From the NCBI RefSeq assembly GCF_006345805.1, contig NC_043000.1:160766001-160830000 (forward strand): DNA of 64,000 bases. The letters run 5' to 3'. Both the position numbers and the translations under genes were made by a program. This document shows positions 1 through 13,133 of the stretch, one piece after another (positions within the stretch are counted from its first letter, which is position 1; each line of letters begins with the position of its first letter). The notes under the pieces are model-generated. The model searched no databases and had not been told where the DNA came from. It saw only the letters and a program-made list of their open reading frames with translations. Origin of the DNA: Octopus sinensis (lineage: Eukaryota).

Positions 1-99
1 AAATGCTGAAGATTTAGGAAAAGAAATATTGAATTATGACGTACAGAGTTAGCATTCTCCGGCTCGAAAATTTAGTGATAGGAGAACAGGACTTGCTGC

Positions 100-850
100 A
101 GCTGCAAGATAATGTGAATGGAAGAGAGTGTTGATTAAGACAAAATAACGTTAGCTTGTAAAATGGAAAAGAAAATAGTCGACGAATGAGGAAAGATGCT
201 GAAACTAGTTTATATATGGGGAAATCTTTAATGGAATATTTAAGATCAAACAACATAGCAAAAATAAAATATGCCAGACTGCATCACAGAAACATCGGCA
301 AATGCGTTCGAAAAAATATGATTACAATAGCAATATAAATTCGAGTTTTAAACAGAATAGTTTTTTTTTCAATGCACCCTGTGCGTACGAATCTGAATGA
401 TTGAAGTTCGACGCTGAGAGTGAAAAAAAATATCCTGGCTTATGAAAAGAATCGTTAGAGAAAATAATTTTCATCTCGTATCTAGAACATCGAATTAATG
501 TGATTGCTAAGAAAAATCGTTTGTACGGCCCTGAACTGTGAAAATCTGTCATTTATTACGAGAGTAGAGCAAATGATCTCGTCAAGTAAGACGTCAAATT
601 GAAACTCTACTACAAGCGAATATGTTCACGAGAGCAAACTATCAGTGAACATGATATAAAAAGACCCCAACGAAGTTAGATATGCAACAAGAGTGAATGA
701 ACAAGGAAGAAGCTGGATGTGCGGAAACATAGCTTCTACAGATTATGTACCACATTTTGATCATTAGATCCACTGTTCTGGATAATCAGTTGTGTGAAAT
801 AAAGAAATGTATTTAAAAAACGATTAATTTTCTGACTATTGTAAGGGGAA
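100..850 (+). mobile_element. Highly decayed CR1/L2-like LINE, 3' part of RT ORF
   Basis: Manual translation gives YESRANDLVK (cf. RRRGDLI..YK) and LDVRKHSFYRL...NVFKKRL (cf. RKHFFS.RV...FK.RLD), broken by many stops; boundaries approximate. Confidence 0.45.
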
Positions 851-1568
851 AATTTTTACAAAGTGAGATTATTCTCATAAATGGTGATTGGAAATAAAAA
901 CATTACTGTAATTGATTATGTCTTCAAAGCACGGGAAAGAATTAATGTCTGAAAATGAAATAACTTCTTTAAAAGATAATCTTGTCGTATTTTAGGGGTA
1001 ACTATGGACGGGGTAGGCCTATTAAACAACATTGTCATGGAATTAGTCTCATAACGTTATTTTTCCTGTGTGGTTGATATTCATTGTCCTTAGAATTGAA
1101 GATTTTTTCTTCAACTAGAAAGGAAAAAATATCTAATTATGAATTTGTTTGTGTGCTACATGCTGCAAATTAATTTTCTATTTATTCACTGAAATTTAAA
1201 ACAGTTGCGCGTGTGAGTTCTTTTCTTTATTACATTATATTTAATAATAATGCAAATCGAAATATATCTGTAACACTGACTTTATGAAATTTGTCTATTC
1301 ATTGTCAAAACTAAGCAAATTGTTGTCCCTTGTCTCAAAATAAATAGGGGAATAAAGTTTAGTATTTTTCATTTTTTAAAGATTATTTCTTATTTCTACC
1401 ACAGTCGCTGGTAAGTGGCCTAAGATATTTTCATTCTAACACTGAGGGGAAATTCTCAATTAAGAATTGTTTTTGCATACGGATTTTGATAATCGTTTCG
1501 CCATCCGTAATGTATTTATCACATTTCATGCCATTGGCTGTTGTATGTTTGTTGCATTTATTATAATG

Positions 1569-2027
1569 ATTGAATGCGAGAGCAGGAGATCATCGCATGC
1601 CATGAAAGTGATACTGGGATTCAAATGTTCGAAGCCCAGTATACCCATCATGTCTATCCGTCTGATAAGGGCATCACATTCATATGTGCTCGACTTAGTG
1701 ATCTGATGTCGATAACCAGCACATGACCTTGTAGATAGGGCCCAATTAGAAAATTCCTCAGGCCGAATAACCCATTCCGTTTAAAAGGTGACTGAACAAG
1801 GGTTATTTGACGATGATGAAGGAAAGATCCACGTTTCCAGAGGTGAATTAATCAAATCCCTAAGAATTTCTGTCAACACGTGGCTATCATGCTCTCCTAC
1901 TACGCCTGCCCGTGATCAGAGCAGCACATATCGTTGCTAATAAGGAAGATAGTCAACTGGCTAAAGTCAAGCAACAGACGAGCTGATCTGTTGTATTGTG
2001 CATATTTGCGGTAGCCAATCTTTTATT
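1569..2027 (+). repeat. Unclassified interspersed repeat, copy 1 (homologous to 3878-4455)
   Basis: Shares blocks such as gaagcccagtatac.catcatg, gataagggca, cagcacatgacctt, tttccagagg with 3878-4455; roughly 70-75% identity by eye. Confidence 0.7.
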
Positions 2028-2029
2028 GA

Positions 2030-2519
2030 ACAAGGACCAGAAGCAACATCAACATGATCATGTCAACTGGCAATGAGGTAGCGAGTGCCATTGCAATGTC
2101 CATTAGTAGCATCTAAGATTCTCAGAAGCATTATTCATCATTTTGTCTTTAGTTTGAGAAAGTCTGGTGGAAACCCTGATGGCGTAAGTTTGTTGATGAA
2201 CTCGATTGAGTACAGAGTTTCATTATCAACTGTATCTGAGCTTCTGTATATCTTTAGCTCACCGAGAATCCTGGTCAACAGAAAGTCGATCATAAAATGT
2301 GCTGCTTCATTTGTTGGAGTGACAATGGTTCTATTTGAAAGCCACGCAGGGTTTGTGAGAGTATTTTTGAGGTCAAAATATACAAAATCACGTAGACCTG
2401 AAAGAGTACCACTTTCAAGGCAAAGGTCATTGAGTAGTTCTATTTTGAATTCACCTATGTTACCATTTCCTACATGAAGAAGGTAATTAGCAAACTCTCT
2501 TTCATTAGAATGACCTACT
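2030..2519 (-). pseudogene. Helitron-type PIF1-like helicase fragment
   Basis: Minus-strand translation EREFANYLLHVGNG...RTIVTPTNEAA...YSIEFINKLTPSGFPPDFLKLK**IMLLRILDATNGHCNGTRYLI...HDHVDVASGP matches the Helitron/PIF1 signature EFLNSLTPSGLPPHxLxLK...IMLLRNLD...GLCNGTRL; in-frame stops. Confidence 0.85.
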
Positions 2520-2619
2520 GTAAGAAGTCATAGATTGGTTGTCAACTCCACTACTTACACATGATTGCAAAGAAAAAATCTCTTTAGTGTTGCATCAATA
2601 ATTTGTGATCTGAGACCAT

Positions 2620-2800
2620 TATTTGAAGTAGAATATTCTCCTCTCGAGATAACCTAATCAGTCGGTCATGGGTAACGGAAACTGAATCATGTCTACGCCT
2701 CCGTGCACATTCAGAGATCTGTTTCAGTCACTTTGCCCTGATTTCATCTGATTCAGTTGTCCGTCTTTCTAGTTGCGATTGCACCTTTGCTACTAAATTT
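2620..2800 (-). mobile_element. Possible Helitron RepHel N-terminal charged-repeat remnant
   Basis: Minus-strand translation LERRTTESDEIRAK*LKQISECARRRRHD resembles the ETxEQRxxRL repeats of Helitron N-termini; same strand as and upstream of the helicase fragment. Confidence 0.35.
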
Positions 2801-3458
2801 CCTTTTCAGTCGCATATTATATATAAGAGAAAGTTCGTTAAAAACTATCTTGTTTAGCTTGCTAGAAGTTGAAGCGATCACATAGTTATTGTAAGGCATA
2901 TAGCGTTCCAAGTAGCCATACCAAGAGAATCACTTCTTCATTAAAAAAATAAAAAGATTATACCGGTACATTAAAGAATTTTCTTTTCATCAAAAATATT
3001 CATTTACCAAACTCTGGAAACTGATAATATTCTTGAAACTTTGTCTCATATCAAAGTTATATAGCTATTGTTAAATTATCATTAATGAAAATAGAGGCGA
3101 GCGCGAATGAGAGATTTTTGCAAATAAAAATGGAAAATGTTGCCTACAACGAAATAACAGTGTTTATTATTAAAGATTAAAATCTTAATTCCCAGTAAAT
3201 GCAATGAATATTTCAATCAATGAAGAATTGGACCCAGTGAATGCAATGAATATTTAAATTTGTGAGATTTTGGAGTTAAAAAAATTCAAGAAGCTTGAGA
3301 AATCGTAATTATAGAAAATTTCTTAGAACATGAATTTATAAAAATAATTACAGACGGTCAACCCTTTAATAATCGCTTTCTTTTAGTACTTTTAGTATTT
3401 TGTTACGTACCTAATTAATAAGTAGCTTCATCCATTATAGTATAGATTATTGTTATTA

Positions 3459-3665
3459 GGCGGTGAGCTGGCAGAATCGTTAGCAAGCCAGGTGAAATAC
3501 ATAGCGGCATTCGTCTGCCGCTACGTTCTGAGTACAAATTTCGCCGAGGTCCACTTTGCCTTTCATTCTTTCAGGGTCGATTAAATAAGTACCCGTTACT
3601 CACTGGAGTCGATGTAATCGATTTAATCAACTCCCTCAAGCTGCTTATTGTGGCAAAAAATTCAA
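3459..3665 (+). mobile_element. SINE family A (Pol III type)
   Basis: Head ggcggtgagctggcagaatcgttagc, degenerate B-box-like gagtacaaatttc, body ctttgcctttcat..ggggtcga..aagtacc..gtcgatgtaatcga; multiple homologous copies in window. Confidence 0.75.
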
Positions 3666-3667
3666 AT

Positions 3668-3702
3668 TATTATTATTGTTATTATTATTATTATTATTAT
3701 TA

Positions 3703-3754
<52 letters not shown>

Positions 3755-3791
3755 GTTGTTGTTGTTGTTGTTGTTGTTGTCGTTGTTGTTG

Positions 3792-3831
<40 letters not shown>

Positions 3832-3880
3832 CATTACTGTTATTATGTTTTCGGACATGTACTATATTATTATTATTATT
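3668..3880. repeat. Compound (TTA)n/(TTG)n microsatellite
   Basis: Direct reading. Confidence 0.95.
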
Positions 3881-4455
3881 GAATGAGAGGGCTGTGCATG
3901 CTATCAAAAGGACCCTGGGGTAAAATATACGAAGCCCAGTATACTCATCATGACTACCCGTTTGATAAGGGCACACCAGGCATATGCATCACAACCATAT
4001 GTGCGTGACATGGTGATCTCATATCAAGATAAACAGCACATGACCTTGCAGGTGGGGTTCAGTTAGTATTTTCGTCTGGTCAGGTAACCCATCCCGCTCA
4101 AAAGGTCCCTGAATAAGGGTTGTTTAAGGATGTTGAAAGAACCACCCATGTTTCCAGAGGTTATTTATTCAAACCCCAAAGAATCCCTCTCAACACATGG
4201 CTATGATGCTCCCCCACTGCTTCTGCTCGTGGTCAGAGATGCACATATCGTCAGCCACTAAGGGACGTGCTCGACTGGTTAAGGTCAAACAACTGACAAG
4301 CAAATCTGTGGTATTGAGCAGAATATTTGCTTTAGGCCATCTTTTATACCAAGACAAAACAATGTACATGATAACACTTCCAATCAGTTAAGATCAGAAG
4401 CCATGCGAGCCACTGCCTGGTACCGCATCAGGGCATAAACAGCATCAGGGCATTA
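3878..4455 (+). repeat. Unclassified interspersed repeat, copy 2; possibly a LINE 3' end plus UTR, embedded in (TTA)n
   Basis: Homologous to 1569-2027; begins with ERAVHAIKRTLG*-encoding codons and ends in ...cagggca before an (ATT)n run. Confidence 0.7.
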
Positions 4456-4467
4456 AATATGGCCATT

Positions 4468-4532
4468 ATTATTATTATTATATTATTATTATTATTATTA
4501 TTATTATATTATTGTTATTATTATTGTTATTG

Positions 4533-4607
<75 letters not shown>

Positions 4608-4634
4608 ATTTTTATTATCATTATTATTATTATC
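4468..4634. repeat. (TTA)n microsatellite
   Basis: Direct reading. Confidence 0.95.
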
Positions 4635-5450
4635 TTCATTATCATCTTTCAATTCTGTTTCCATTCGTTGCGGAGTGTGTTCCTGAAACCTAGGGCAGAG
4701 AAACACATTGTATATACATTGGTATATACAAAAAATAAACACACCAGATTGTTCATTTACAAAGTCATGTGCTAGAGAAAAGGGGAAGAAAGACAAAGAG
4801 AAAAAGGAAAAAATAAAAATAAGTAAACAAAGAAAATAACGGGAAAAAATGAAAGAAAATTAACAACGGCAATGCTCTTCTCAGTACGTGTGACGTACTA
4901 GTTAGGACAATCTTTTGCACTTCCCGTATGAATGGTAAGCCAGGGATCATTCTTAAATAATATTCAGTTCCATTTTTAATCATTTCAAGTGCTCCTACAA
5001 ACACTGGTTTCGTAACCGTCTTGAGATGCCACATCTTTTCGATTTCGATTAGCAACTCATTATATTTTCTGAGTTTATCAAATTCTTTTGCTGAGATACT
5101 ATGGTCACCGAGTGTGCTCATGTCACTCAATAAACAGATTTATTGTTTTGGTCTTTACCAACAACATCTAGTTTGTTTGCTTTGATAGTCATTTCTGTAC
5201 GTAACAGGAAATCCCTGAGAATCGTCCCATTTTCTCCCTCAATTACAACTTCAGTGTAGTGCATGTACTTACTATTTGTAATCAAATTTGATTTTATAAT
5301 GCCGACATATTATCCAATGTAGATATTGACCAACTCCGTAATGTCTTGATTTTTACTCTACAGGTGCAATCCCATCGTTGCAGTATCGGTGCTTTGGCTC
5401 TACACTATTTTTCATCACATTGTCTTGATAGTTCCGAGTCAATAAGCACT
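4635..5450 (-). mobile_element. R4/Dong-like non-LTR retrotransposon, 5'-truncated 3' fragment (family A)
   Basis: ORF 4765-5130 DHSISAKEFDKLRKY...IEIEKMWHLK...VGALEMIK...TSHVLRRAL is the REL endonuclease C-terminus, nearly colinear with 32809-33306; upstream DQCLLTRNYQDNVMKN matches 22560-22620; 3' end abuts (TAA)n. Confidence 0.85.
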
Positions 5451-6135
5451 GATCTTAAGCAGCTAAGGCACTCTGCTAGCTAGTTTATTAGGATTCATTG
5501 CTGTATTCAAATCTTTATCTTGGTTATTTTTCTTTCAGATTTTATAGGTATATGTTGTGTTTTCGCTGTGTGACTAGAGCACTGCTGTAAAATAAGCATG
5601 TAGGATTGAAATATATTCCTTACTTGTCCATGTATGTTTGTTTCGATTTTATTTCTGCAGGACATGAAGAATAACGTCCGGCCCTTTATTTTGATGGTCA
5701 CCATTTTCGTGGGCTACCAGTACGTTTAATTCTGGTATTAAATGGTTTTGCACGTGTAGTTTATCTTTACTTTTTGTGTAACAAGTTTAAAGTACGTACT
5801 TCACGTTTTTTATCCTTGAGTTGAATAATACGGGTATTATTTAATATATTTAATTCTTTATTTGTACATGGCGTTTGGGGATGGAAATGGTCTGCTGTTG
5901 ATTGGATCGCAATGTGGCGACTGTTTTTACACGTGTTGTGCGAGTGATGGGGATGCTACACTGTTAAAATGCAAAATTTCATTATGAAAATAGAAATAAA
6001 TTTCAATAAGTATTACTTAGTCGAACATAGTCCAAAACTTTGTCAGTAATTTTAGATTCCATCTGTTGTCTTTATTCCCGATGATTTTGGAGAAATTTCT
6101 GAACGTTCCCGGTGTTATTTCCTAATAATCACCAC

Positions 6136-6204
<69 letters not shown>
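6136..6204. repeat. (CAT)n microsatellite
   Basis: Direct reading. Confidence 0.95.
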
Positions 6205-6205
<1 letters not shown>

Positions 6206-6420
6206 GAGTCGGTTAGCTGGCAGAACCGGTTGCACGGCAGGCAAGTATTTCGCTGCATTCCAGCCATCTTTACGTGTTCTAACTTTAAAATTTCACACAG
6301 GTCGACTATACTTCTCAACCTTCGAGAGCCAATAAAATAAGTACCATTTGAGATCTGGAGGGTCGATATAATCGAGCAGCCCTTCTCCAACATTTCAGAC
6401 ATTGTGCCAGAGTTTTAAAG
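6206..6420 (+). mobile_element. Degenerate SINE family A copy
   Basis: tagctggcagaa head, aaataagtacc, ggtcgatataatcga motifs. Confidence 0.6.
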
Positions 6421-7299
6421 GAAGAACTAGTGTCGATATTTTCGACTAAAATGTTCAAGGTGGTAATCTAATAACTGAAAGAAGTAAAAGATAAAGGAAT
6501 GTTATGTAGTTAGGAAAGTTGGTTCATTCACATGTACGAATATTGAGACGATAAGTCACAAAATGAAACAGTTAATAGATTCTAGAGACACAACGATAAA
6601 GTAACAAGCTATATGATACGGGTCCAGCCAGTAGTAATAGTGGCACAAGGTTTGAAATTTTGGATAGGGGCCCATTTAGTTTTTTACTTAACAGGGACAT
6701 ATTAGCGTTCCCCACACTAGTTAAGGATCTAACTTATCTCCCAGTAATTTCGGATTAAATGGCACTTATTGAATCAGTCTCCTTTTGAACTTCACTCCTT
6801 CAACATCTGAAATGTAAGATCACTTCCCTGAAGACAAAGGATTGTCTTATCCTATGATAGAATCAATCTGCACATATTATTATGGAGCACCGATCCCCCA
6901 GAGACAGCAGTTGGATTTGTAATACATTTCCCTTCCCTTTTAATTCTCTGTATCATTTCTAATCTGTAAAACTTGGACCTTTCTATATGCATACATATAT
7001 ACATTATTTGTATTTTGGTTTTGATATACTTTATATATTGATCTGTCTAATTCGCTTATCCCTACATTTGCCTCTATACCCGGTCAAGTTTAAATAAAAT
7101 CTCTTGAGAACAACAAAGTCTATTCTATACAGAGAATATATATATATATATATATATTGGTATAAACACACACACGCACGTTTGTATGTGTGTATATATG
7201 TATGTATGAGTAATATATGTGTATTCGGTTGTACGTATATATGAGTCAGTGTGTATGTATGCTTGTATGAAGGAATATACAAATGGTTTCTTATTCAGA

Positions 7300-7790
7300 A
7301 ACCAAACAGAATTTGTGCGTTCTTTGAACAGTTTTGAAGCTATGATTTCTAGAGATTCACACCTCTTTATACGAGAAATCAAGAGAAGAACGATGAAGGC
7401 AATACAATGACTAAACTAAATTACGCACCAAACATTTGGAATGTTTCTAAAAGACACAAAGAGAAGTTTTGTCCAAAGTTCTTGATTATGACATACGGTG
7501 CAAAGTCTTGTGTTGTTAATAAAAGTGATCAGATCATAATGTAAGTTGTTGAAATATGATGCTGAAGAAATATATTATGTTGCAAGGTGTAGCAATGAGA
7601 CGATTGTGTAGATGTGAAGTATAAACATGCTGTGAAAGACAATCATGAAACAGCATCTGAAATAGTACAAGCTGTTAATTAAGAGATCCCGTTCCAGTCT
7701 TGGAAAAAGAAAAAAAAAAGATTATTTATTAGCGTAGAGGAAAGCATAAAGACAGGAGATGAGTTAAGCTGATGAAGGTTAAATGGGAAA
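7300..7790 (+). mobile_element. Decayed RTE-clade LINE, RT C-terminal region
   Basis: EIKRRTMKA (cf. EIKRRIAMA), IMTYGAKSCVVNKSD (cf. LLYGxExWTL), EI*C*RNIL (cf. EMWCxRRIL), SNETIV. Confidence 0.5.
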
Positions 7791-8107
7791 AAATGTCCGT
7801 GGACAAGAATTTGAGCTAATTTAAAAATTATGTAAATATTTGGATAATTGAGTATTGTGGTTTATTGTGCTGCTAGTTGTCATATTCAGCCTATATTATC
7901 GAAAGTCTTTAACGTATACATATAGACACAAATAAACATACACACTGTCTAATAAATATATACGAACACACACTTGTGCACGCACAGTCACACACAACAT
8001 ACACATACAGACATGCCTACATACATACATACATACATACATACATACATACATACATACATACATACATACTTATACATATATACATATACATACATAT
8101 GTATATG

Positions 8108-8162
<55 letters not shown>

Positions 8163-8339
8163 TTATATATACTCTCTGGTAATCTTCGTGTATTCTGTAA
8201 GGCTTAGAAATGTGTTTGATCTGTTCGATCTTCGTTCGTCAATATATCTCATTTTGATGTTCACGGATTAGAACTGAAAGGTCTTTAAATCATGAAAGAG
8301 CCAAATGCTTTTATTGACAGTGATACGATTAGAAAATTA

Positions 8340-9300
8340 TGGATTGTAGATAAGACCCGTAACATCATGTATAAAAGAATTTCTTATCGAGGCTGAGAAC
8401 CTGATGATAAACATAGATATATTGCTTTTCATAGACCAGTTCGGCTGTTACACTATCTCTTTTTCTCGGTCTCATAATCATAGATTCCTTTGTTGAATCA
8501 TATGCTGTTATGCCTTCGATTTCTATTTGTTTCTCGCATTTCACTTGCCAGTTCGGTGTCTTATTCATCTATCTACCGATTATATCCTTATATCATTTTT
8601 AAAAAATACTCTATTTCATTTCATTTACTGGATCAATGCTTGTGTTGTCTCACAGAGTCGATTACGTCAACATATCTTATTTCATTAAAATCAACATTGT
8701 TTCTATTTCATAACTGAAATTCCTAAAGATGTTTTACAAACATTCTGAATGGGATTTAATTCCATATCGATTATCTCTAAATTTTGATTGATTTTCCTAA
8801 CGAGACTTGCCTTATGGTTTAATTTGCTTTCCTTTAGTCCTGGCATTGATTTGTCTCCTTTACTTCATCACCCATTATTGCATAATATGATATGATATTT
8901 AGAATGTTTGCTCATCGGAACAATTTTCACAAGTGAATTTATTCTGTTGTTTGTGTGGGATGTCACTGCATTTCGTCTCTTGGACAATCATAATAGTTAC
9001 TTATTATGTTGCGCTTAATTATGTTGTGTACATGTGGCATGTCCCGGAACTCATTTACGTACAGGGGGAATCTGTCTATTAATTCCTTATTTATGTCTGT
9101 TCAATAGGCTTCCAACTGAAGTTACGAATGTGGTTTCATAGAAACTTCTGTAAATGTTTCAGTGTGTGTCTAAGGGTTTTACGTATCAGACTTCCAACGA
9201 TTTGCTTTCGACTCGTTTTCCTTTTCGTTTCTCCCACTCGCAGTAGTCTTTTCCAATCTTTTCTTTGTTTTCCAAAGCAATTTACAGTTGATACACATAG
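8340..9300 (-). mobile_element. Possible decayed RTE/CR1-like LINE (APE-linker region)
   Basis: Weak motifs: SMIMRPRKRDSVTAEL (cf. MKxGKAPGxDxITAEL), YAIMGD; low similarity. Confidence 0.3.
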
Positions 9301-9649
9301 CTGCAGTTGCTTCTAGTTTTCACTACACTATACTTCTATTTCTAACAGATTAAAATATATTTCAATTTTCTTAACCTGGTTAAACAATTGTGGCATGTGA
9401 CCAGATTTCATTGCGCATCGTTTAGATTCGTAACGGCTTTCAAGCTCTACAGTCCTCAAATACTTCCTTTATTTTCTTGATTTTAAGCTGGCAAAACACC
9501 TCCCTATTTGTTGTCATTTACCAACAGGTCAACTCTGATAGGGCAGAACTATGATCAAAGACTGTTATAATATTATCTTTTTAATGTATAAAGTATGATC
9601 ATTTTTAAAGGTATATGCTTCATTCATGATAAGAGAATGTGATCTAAGC

Positions 9650-9931
9650 CAGTGCTACTCAAAGCGGTGGTCTGCGAACCGGTGCCGGTCCGCGAGCAAT
9701 CAGCTGCCGGTTTCCAGAAAAGGAAGAAACATTATAAAATGCTTATGTAATATAGTATTATTTGTTCACAGAATAAATATGAGATAAAAGAAATGTTAGC
9801 TATTATTATATTCATTATATATATATATTGTTTCCAGTATAAATTAATATTATTAAGAAATATTATCAGTCTCTGGCACATTTGAAACAAAAACTGCCGC
9901 TACACCACATCAGATAGTTTGAAAAGCACTG
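9650..9931. mobile_element. hAT (Charlie-like) MITE, 282 bp
   Basis: TIRs cagtgctactcaaa / tttgaaaagcactg (12/14 match); 8-bp TSD atctaagc (9642-9649) / atctaaga (9932-9939). Confidence 0.8.
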
Positions 9932-11130
9932 ATCTAAGAGATACATTTGATTGCTATTTCTATCAGGTCATAAGACCACAATGTGCCCTCCTTTTAAACT
10001 CCTCTTCATATTCATCGATGTTTAGGGGTTTCCTCTGATGTTTATGGAAGGCTGTGTTTCTCGTATGAACATCTATAGTTGAGTGTACAATTAAGGATTG
10101 TTCGAACTGGTTGTAGGAGGTTTATGAACATATTTTTGTCTATTATGTAGAGAGTAAGCGTATATATTAGCATGGGTAGTTAGAATGTGAAGCATCAATG
10201 TGTTGGTACGCTGGTTTTATTATCTCTCATATCATTAGACATGAAAGGCAGTGAATGTATATACTACATTTAGAAGTGACAATATTGTGCAGAATGTCAG
10301 TGGAATTAATATATCAGTCAGAGATATCAGGTGATTAAAAATGTGAGTTTACAACGTTCTCTAACAGGTGCAATAATTTGAGACTAAATGGCACAGACAG
10401 ACTATTGCAACTGTTTAGGGTGTGACTGTCCAATTACCAATAGATAGTGCACAACATTAATATTATATTATTATTGTATTGTGCACTAAATTGTTGAGAC
10501 GTATTATATTCACTTTGTTATCAAATTAAAATCATTAATGTATATAAAAGTTGTGCCCACCTGTTAAGACATTAGCAATTTCGTAATAACTAAAGACAAA
10601 TGGAAATTCTAGAAAATAGTACAGGTTTATGGGAACGCTGCGAGATTGATTTCACTGTGTCGTCTAATGTGAAATGATGACGATGATCATGACGATGTAT
10701 GTACGTATGTATGTATGTATGTATGTATGTATGTATGTATGTATGTATGTATGTGTATATATAAAAAGAGAGAGAGACAAAGAGAGAGAGAGGGAGAGAA
10801 AATAGATAAATAAAGATAAATGTAACCACATCTGAATCGACGATTTTCTTCTTCCGTCTTCCATTCTATTGGACTTTCCTCTGTTTACGAAGACGAGCGT
10901 CTGCTCGATACGTCCAACCATATTTCTTTCCTTCCCTGAGCGTCTGCTGATAGTTTACCTGTACCACGACCTCACGTTATTGTTGTTTTTTTGTGTTTGT
11001 TCTTCGTTTTTGGATTTACTATATATATATATATATATATACAGAGAGAGTGAGAGAAGAAAAAAATAGACAAATAAAGATAGGTATATATAAATATATG
11101 TATATATATGTATATATATATATATATACA

Positions 11131-11909
<779 letters not shown>

Positions 11910-12341
11910 TGTATGTATGTATGTATGTATGTATGTATGTATGTATGTATGTATGTATGTATGTGTATATATAAAAAGAGAGAGAGACAAGAGAGAGAGA
12001 GGGAGAGAAAATAGATAAATAAAGATAAATGTAACCACATCTGAATCGACGATTTTCTTCTTCCGTCTTCCATTCTATTGGACTTTCCTCTGTTTACGAA
12101 GACGAGCGTCTGCTCGATACGTCCAACCATATTTCTTTCCTTCCCTGAGCGTCTGCTGATAGTTTACCTGTACCACGACCTCACGTTATTGTTGTTTTTT
12201 TGTGTTTGTTCTTCGTTTTTGGATTTACTATATATATATATATATATATATACAGAGAGAGTGAGAGAAGAAAAAAATAGACAAATAAAGATAGGTATAT
12301 ATAAATATATGTATATATATGTATATATATATATATATACA

Positions 12342-12401
<60 letters not shown>

Positions 12402-12403
<2 letters not shown>

Positions 12404-13008
12404 ACAATCAAGGAACGGCCATGATAGGCCATTCACCCACTAGAAATAACAGCCAAAGCTTCAACCGCAAATAAAGATTAATTCCGTAAACAGGAGAAAA
12501 TTTAAAAAACATTTACCCTGTAATTTCTTGTACGATGCACCGTTTCATCTGCTGTTTAATGGTAAACTAACCTGATTAAATTAAATCAAGCCAATCTTCC
12601 ATAGGCCCTCAGATTCTTCAGCAAGAAATAGCCAAGTCGGAACAGATATTTTCACGAGGCATTTCAAACCCTGCCAAGGTAATATCTGACCTAAAATTTT
12701 CAAATCGTCGCACTCGCGCCAAATTTATCGGCAGCAAATAAATATAAGCCGTCGATTCCATTACGGAATTAACCAGAAAATTCATAATTAATCAATATAG
12801 GGTGGCAGAAAAAAATTTTGTAGAATTCTTTTTGCCACCAGCGGCCTAGTGGAAAAAATTAAATAGTCATAGACCATTTTTAAGTTCAACATCAACAATC
12901 AAGGAACGGCCATGATAGGCCATTCACCCACTAGAAATAACAGCCAAAGCTTCAACCGCAAATAAAGATTAATTCCGTAAACAGGAGAAAATTTAAAAAA
13001 CATTTACC

Positions 13009-13011
<3 letters not shown>
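12402..13011. mobile_element. Same 610-bp direct-repeat element (copy 2)
   Basis: Repeats at 12402-12520 and 12893-13011; (TA)n flanks. Confidence 0.7.
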
Positions 13012-13070
<59 letters not shown>

Positions 13071-13133
13071 TATATATTATATATATATATATTATATATA
13101 TATATATATGTATGTATGTATGTATATGTATAT

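Noticed and set aside
3648-3976. Long poly-L/I/Y/N/V ORFs here and at 4512, 18053, 35941, 36531, 39222, 45658, 50875, 51389, 60333, 63154
   Set aside because: Stop-free read-through of tri-, di- and tetranucleotide microsatellites; no coding evidence
5865-5960. Possible promoter (ATGGCG, ATTGG, CACGTG motifs)
   Set aside because: Short motifs with no associated gene, CpG island or TSS evidence
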